Shown piece after piece: positions 1-119 of a stretch of DNA of 119 bases. The stretch spans positions 64,001 to 64,119 of the forward strand of contig JBPPKV010000064.1 in the NCBI GenBank assembly GCA_051294905.1. The letters are read 5' to 3'. Source of the DNA: Botryllus schlosseri. Taxonomy: Eukaryota. Under the pieces are notes generated by a model. It ran no database searches. It was given only the letters and a program-made list of their open reading frames with translations, and was not told the DNA's origin. Position numbers and translations under genes: made by a program. Within the stretch, counting starts at the first letter, position 1. Every line of letters begins with the position of its first letter.

Positions 1-2
1 TA

Positions 3-35
3 TGACTCGTGGCTCGGAGCAAAATTCACGAGTCA
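3..35. repeat. Perfect 9-bp inverted repeat (potential stem-loop, cruciform or dyad binding site); function unknown
   Basis: TGACTCGTG (3-11) is the exact reverse complement of CACGAGTCA (27-35). The spacer 12-26 is GCTCGGAGCAAAATT (15 nt). As + strand RNA a G12-U26 wobble extends the stem to 10 bp. The flanking A2/A36 do not pair. Confidence refers to the repeat being a non-chance element, not to any particular function. Confidence 0.65.
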
Positions 36-46
36 ATTTCAAGTCA
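23..46 (+). repeat. Degenerate tandem direct repeat with AGTCA cores 11 bp apart
   Basis: AATTCACGAGTCA (23-35) aligns to ATTTCA--AGTCA (36-46) with 10 of 13 columns identical, one mismatch and a 2-nt gap. AGTCA occurs at 31-35 and 42-46. Confidence 0.35.
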
Positions 47-53
47 TCAAATA

Positions 54-65
54 ATCGATGTCGAT
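54..65. repeat. Short interrupted palindrome ATCGA-TG-TCGAT (also a TCGAT direct repeat) in AT-rich flanks
   Basis: ATCGA (54-58) is the reverse complement of TCGAT (61-65) with a 2-nt spacer. TCGAT occurs at 55-59 and 61-65. The flanks are AAATA (49-53) and AAAAA (66-70). The arms are short, so chance is plausible. Confidence 0.3.
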
Positions 66-98
66 AAAAATCACTGTATCTTGCAAATGGAGGGATTG

Positions 99-106
99 TT
101 CGCGAA
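99..106. repeat. Perfect 8-bp palindrome TTCGCGAA
   Basis: Positions 99-106 read TTCGCGAA on both strands and contain the NruI site TCGCGA. No functional evidence. Confidence 0.2.
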
Positions 107-119
107 ACGCTGGTGTAAC

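Noticed and set aside
3..35. CRISPR repeat or transposon/MITE terminal inverted repeats
   Set aside because: Only one copy is present, so there is no repeat-spacer periodicity. The unit is too short for a MITE, and no target-site duplication is evident (left flank TA, right flank AT, with only 2 nt visible on the left).
3..35. GCN4/AP-1 sites (TGACTC at 3-8, GAGTCA at 30-35)
   Set aside because: Both lack the final base of TGACTCA, the two hits are the same inverted repeat and so not independent, and there is no evidence of a eukaryotic source.
3..40. Rho-independent terminator
   Set aside because: The loop is 13-15 nt and the + strand tail is only ATTTC, with no adequate U-tract. On the minus strand only 2 nt of tail (TA) are visible, so it is unsupported there too.
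2..67. Complete small ORF MTRGSEQNSRVNFKSSNNRCR* (ATG 2-4, TAA 65-67)
   Set aside because: 21 aa with no recognisable motif and no visible upstream region for an RBS. This length is expected by chance.
54..86. Sigma70 or sigma54 promoter elements (TATCTT 77-82 as -10; TTGCAA 81-86 as -35 or -12)
   Set aside because: TATCTT has only a poor -35 partner (TCGATG or ATCGAT) at 16-17 bp. TTGCAA has no credible -10 on either strand, and there is no GG at the sigma54 -24 position (71-72 is TC).
89..93. Shine-Dalgarno-like GGAGG
   Set aside because: No start codon at the usual 5-10 nt spacing. TTG (96-98) is only 2 nt away, and GTG (113-115) is 19 nt away and immediately followed by TAA.
9..119. + strand frame-3 ORF from GTG at 9 (VARSKIHESISSHQIIDVDKNHCILQMEGLFAKRWCN...), with an internal ATG at 87
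   Set aside because: No RBS is visible for either start, the GTG would be sequestered in the stem, and the peptide is unrecognised.
39..119. Minus-strand partial ORF VTPAFREQSLHLQDTVIFIDIDYLMT* ending at TGA (41-39), just before the inverted repeat
   Set aside because: A gene end followed by a hairpin is an attractive layout, but 26 open codons are not significant and the peptide is unrecognised. It needs flanking sequence.
113..119. Integron attC inverse core site (GTGTAAC versus RYYYAAC)
   Set aside because: It mismatches the consensus at position 3, lies at the window edge, and has no visible partner GTTRRRY or L boxes.

Overview
A 119-nt window of about 41% GC (49/119), with an AT-rich core (positions 21-70, 14/50 GC). 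No gene, RNA gene, CRISPR array or mobile-element end is recognisable, and the source organism cannot be inferred. The only signal clearly above background is a perfect 9-bp inverted repeat, TGACTCGTG (3-11) / CACGAGTCA (27-35), with a 15-nt spacer. A degenerate tandem copy of its right arm follows immediately (36-46). The remainder has short palindromes (54-65, 81-86, 99-106) that are individually weak. One minus-strand frame is open across the whole window and several other frames are partly open, which is expected by chance at this length. The best reading is an intergenic or regulatory fragment with a stem-loop or operator-like dyad, though a coding fragment cannot be excluded. The window does not support claiming a novel biological system.
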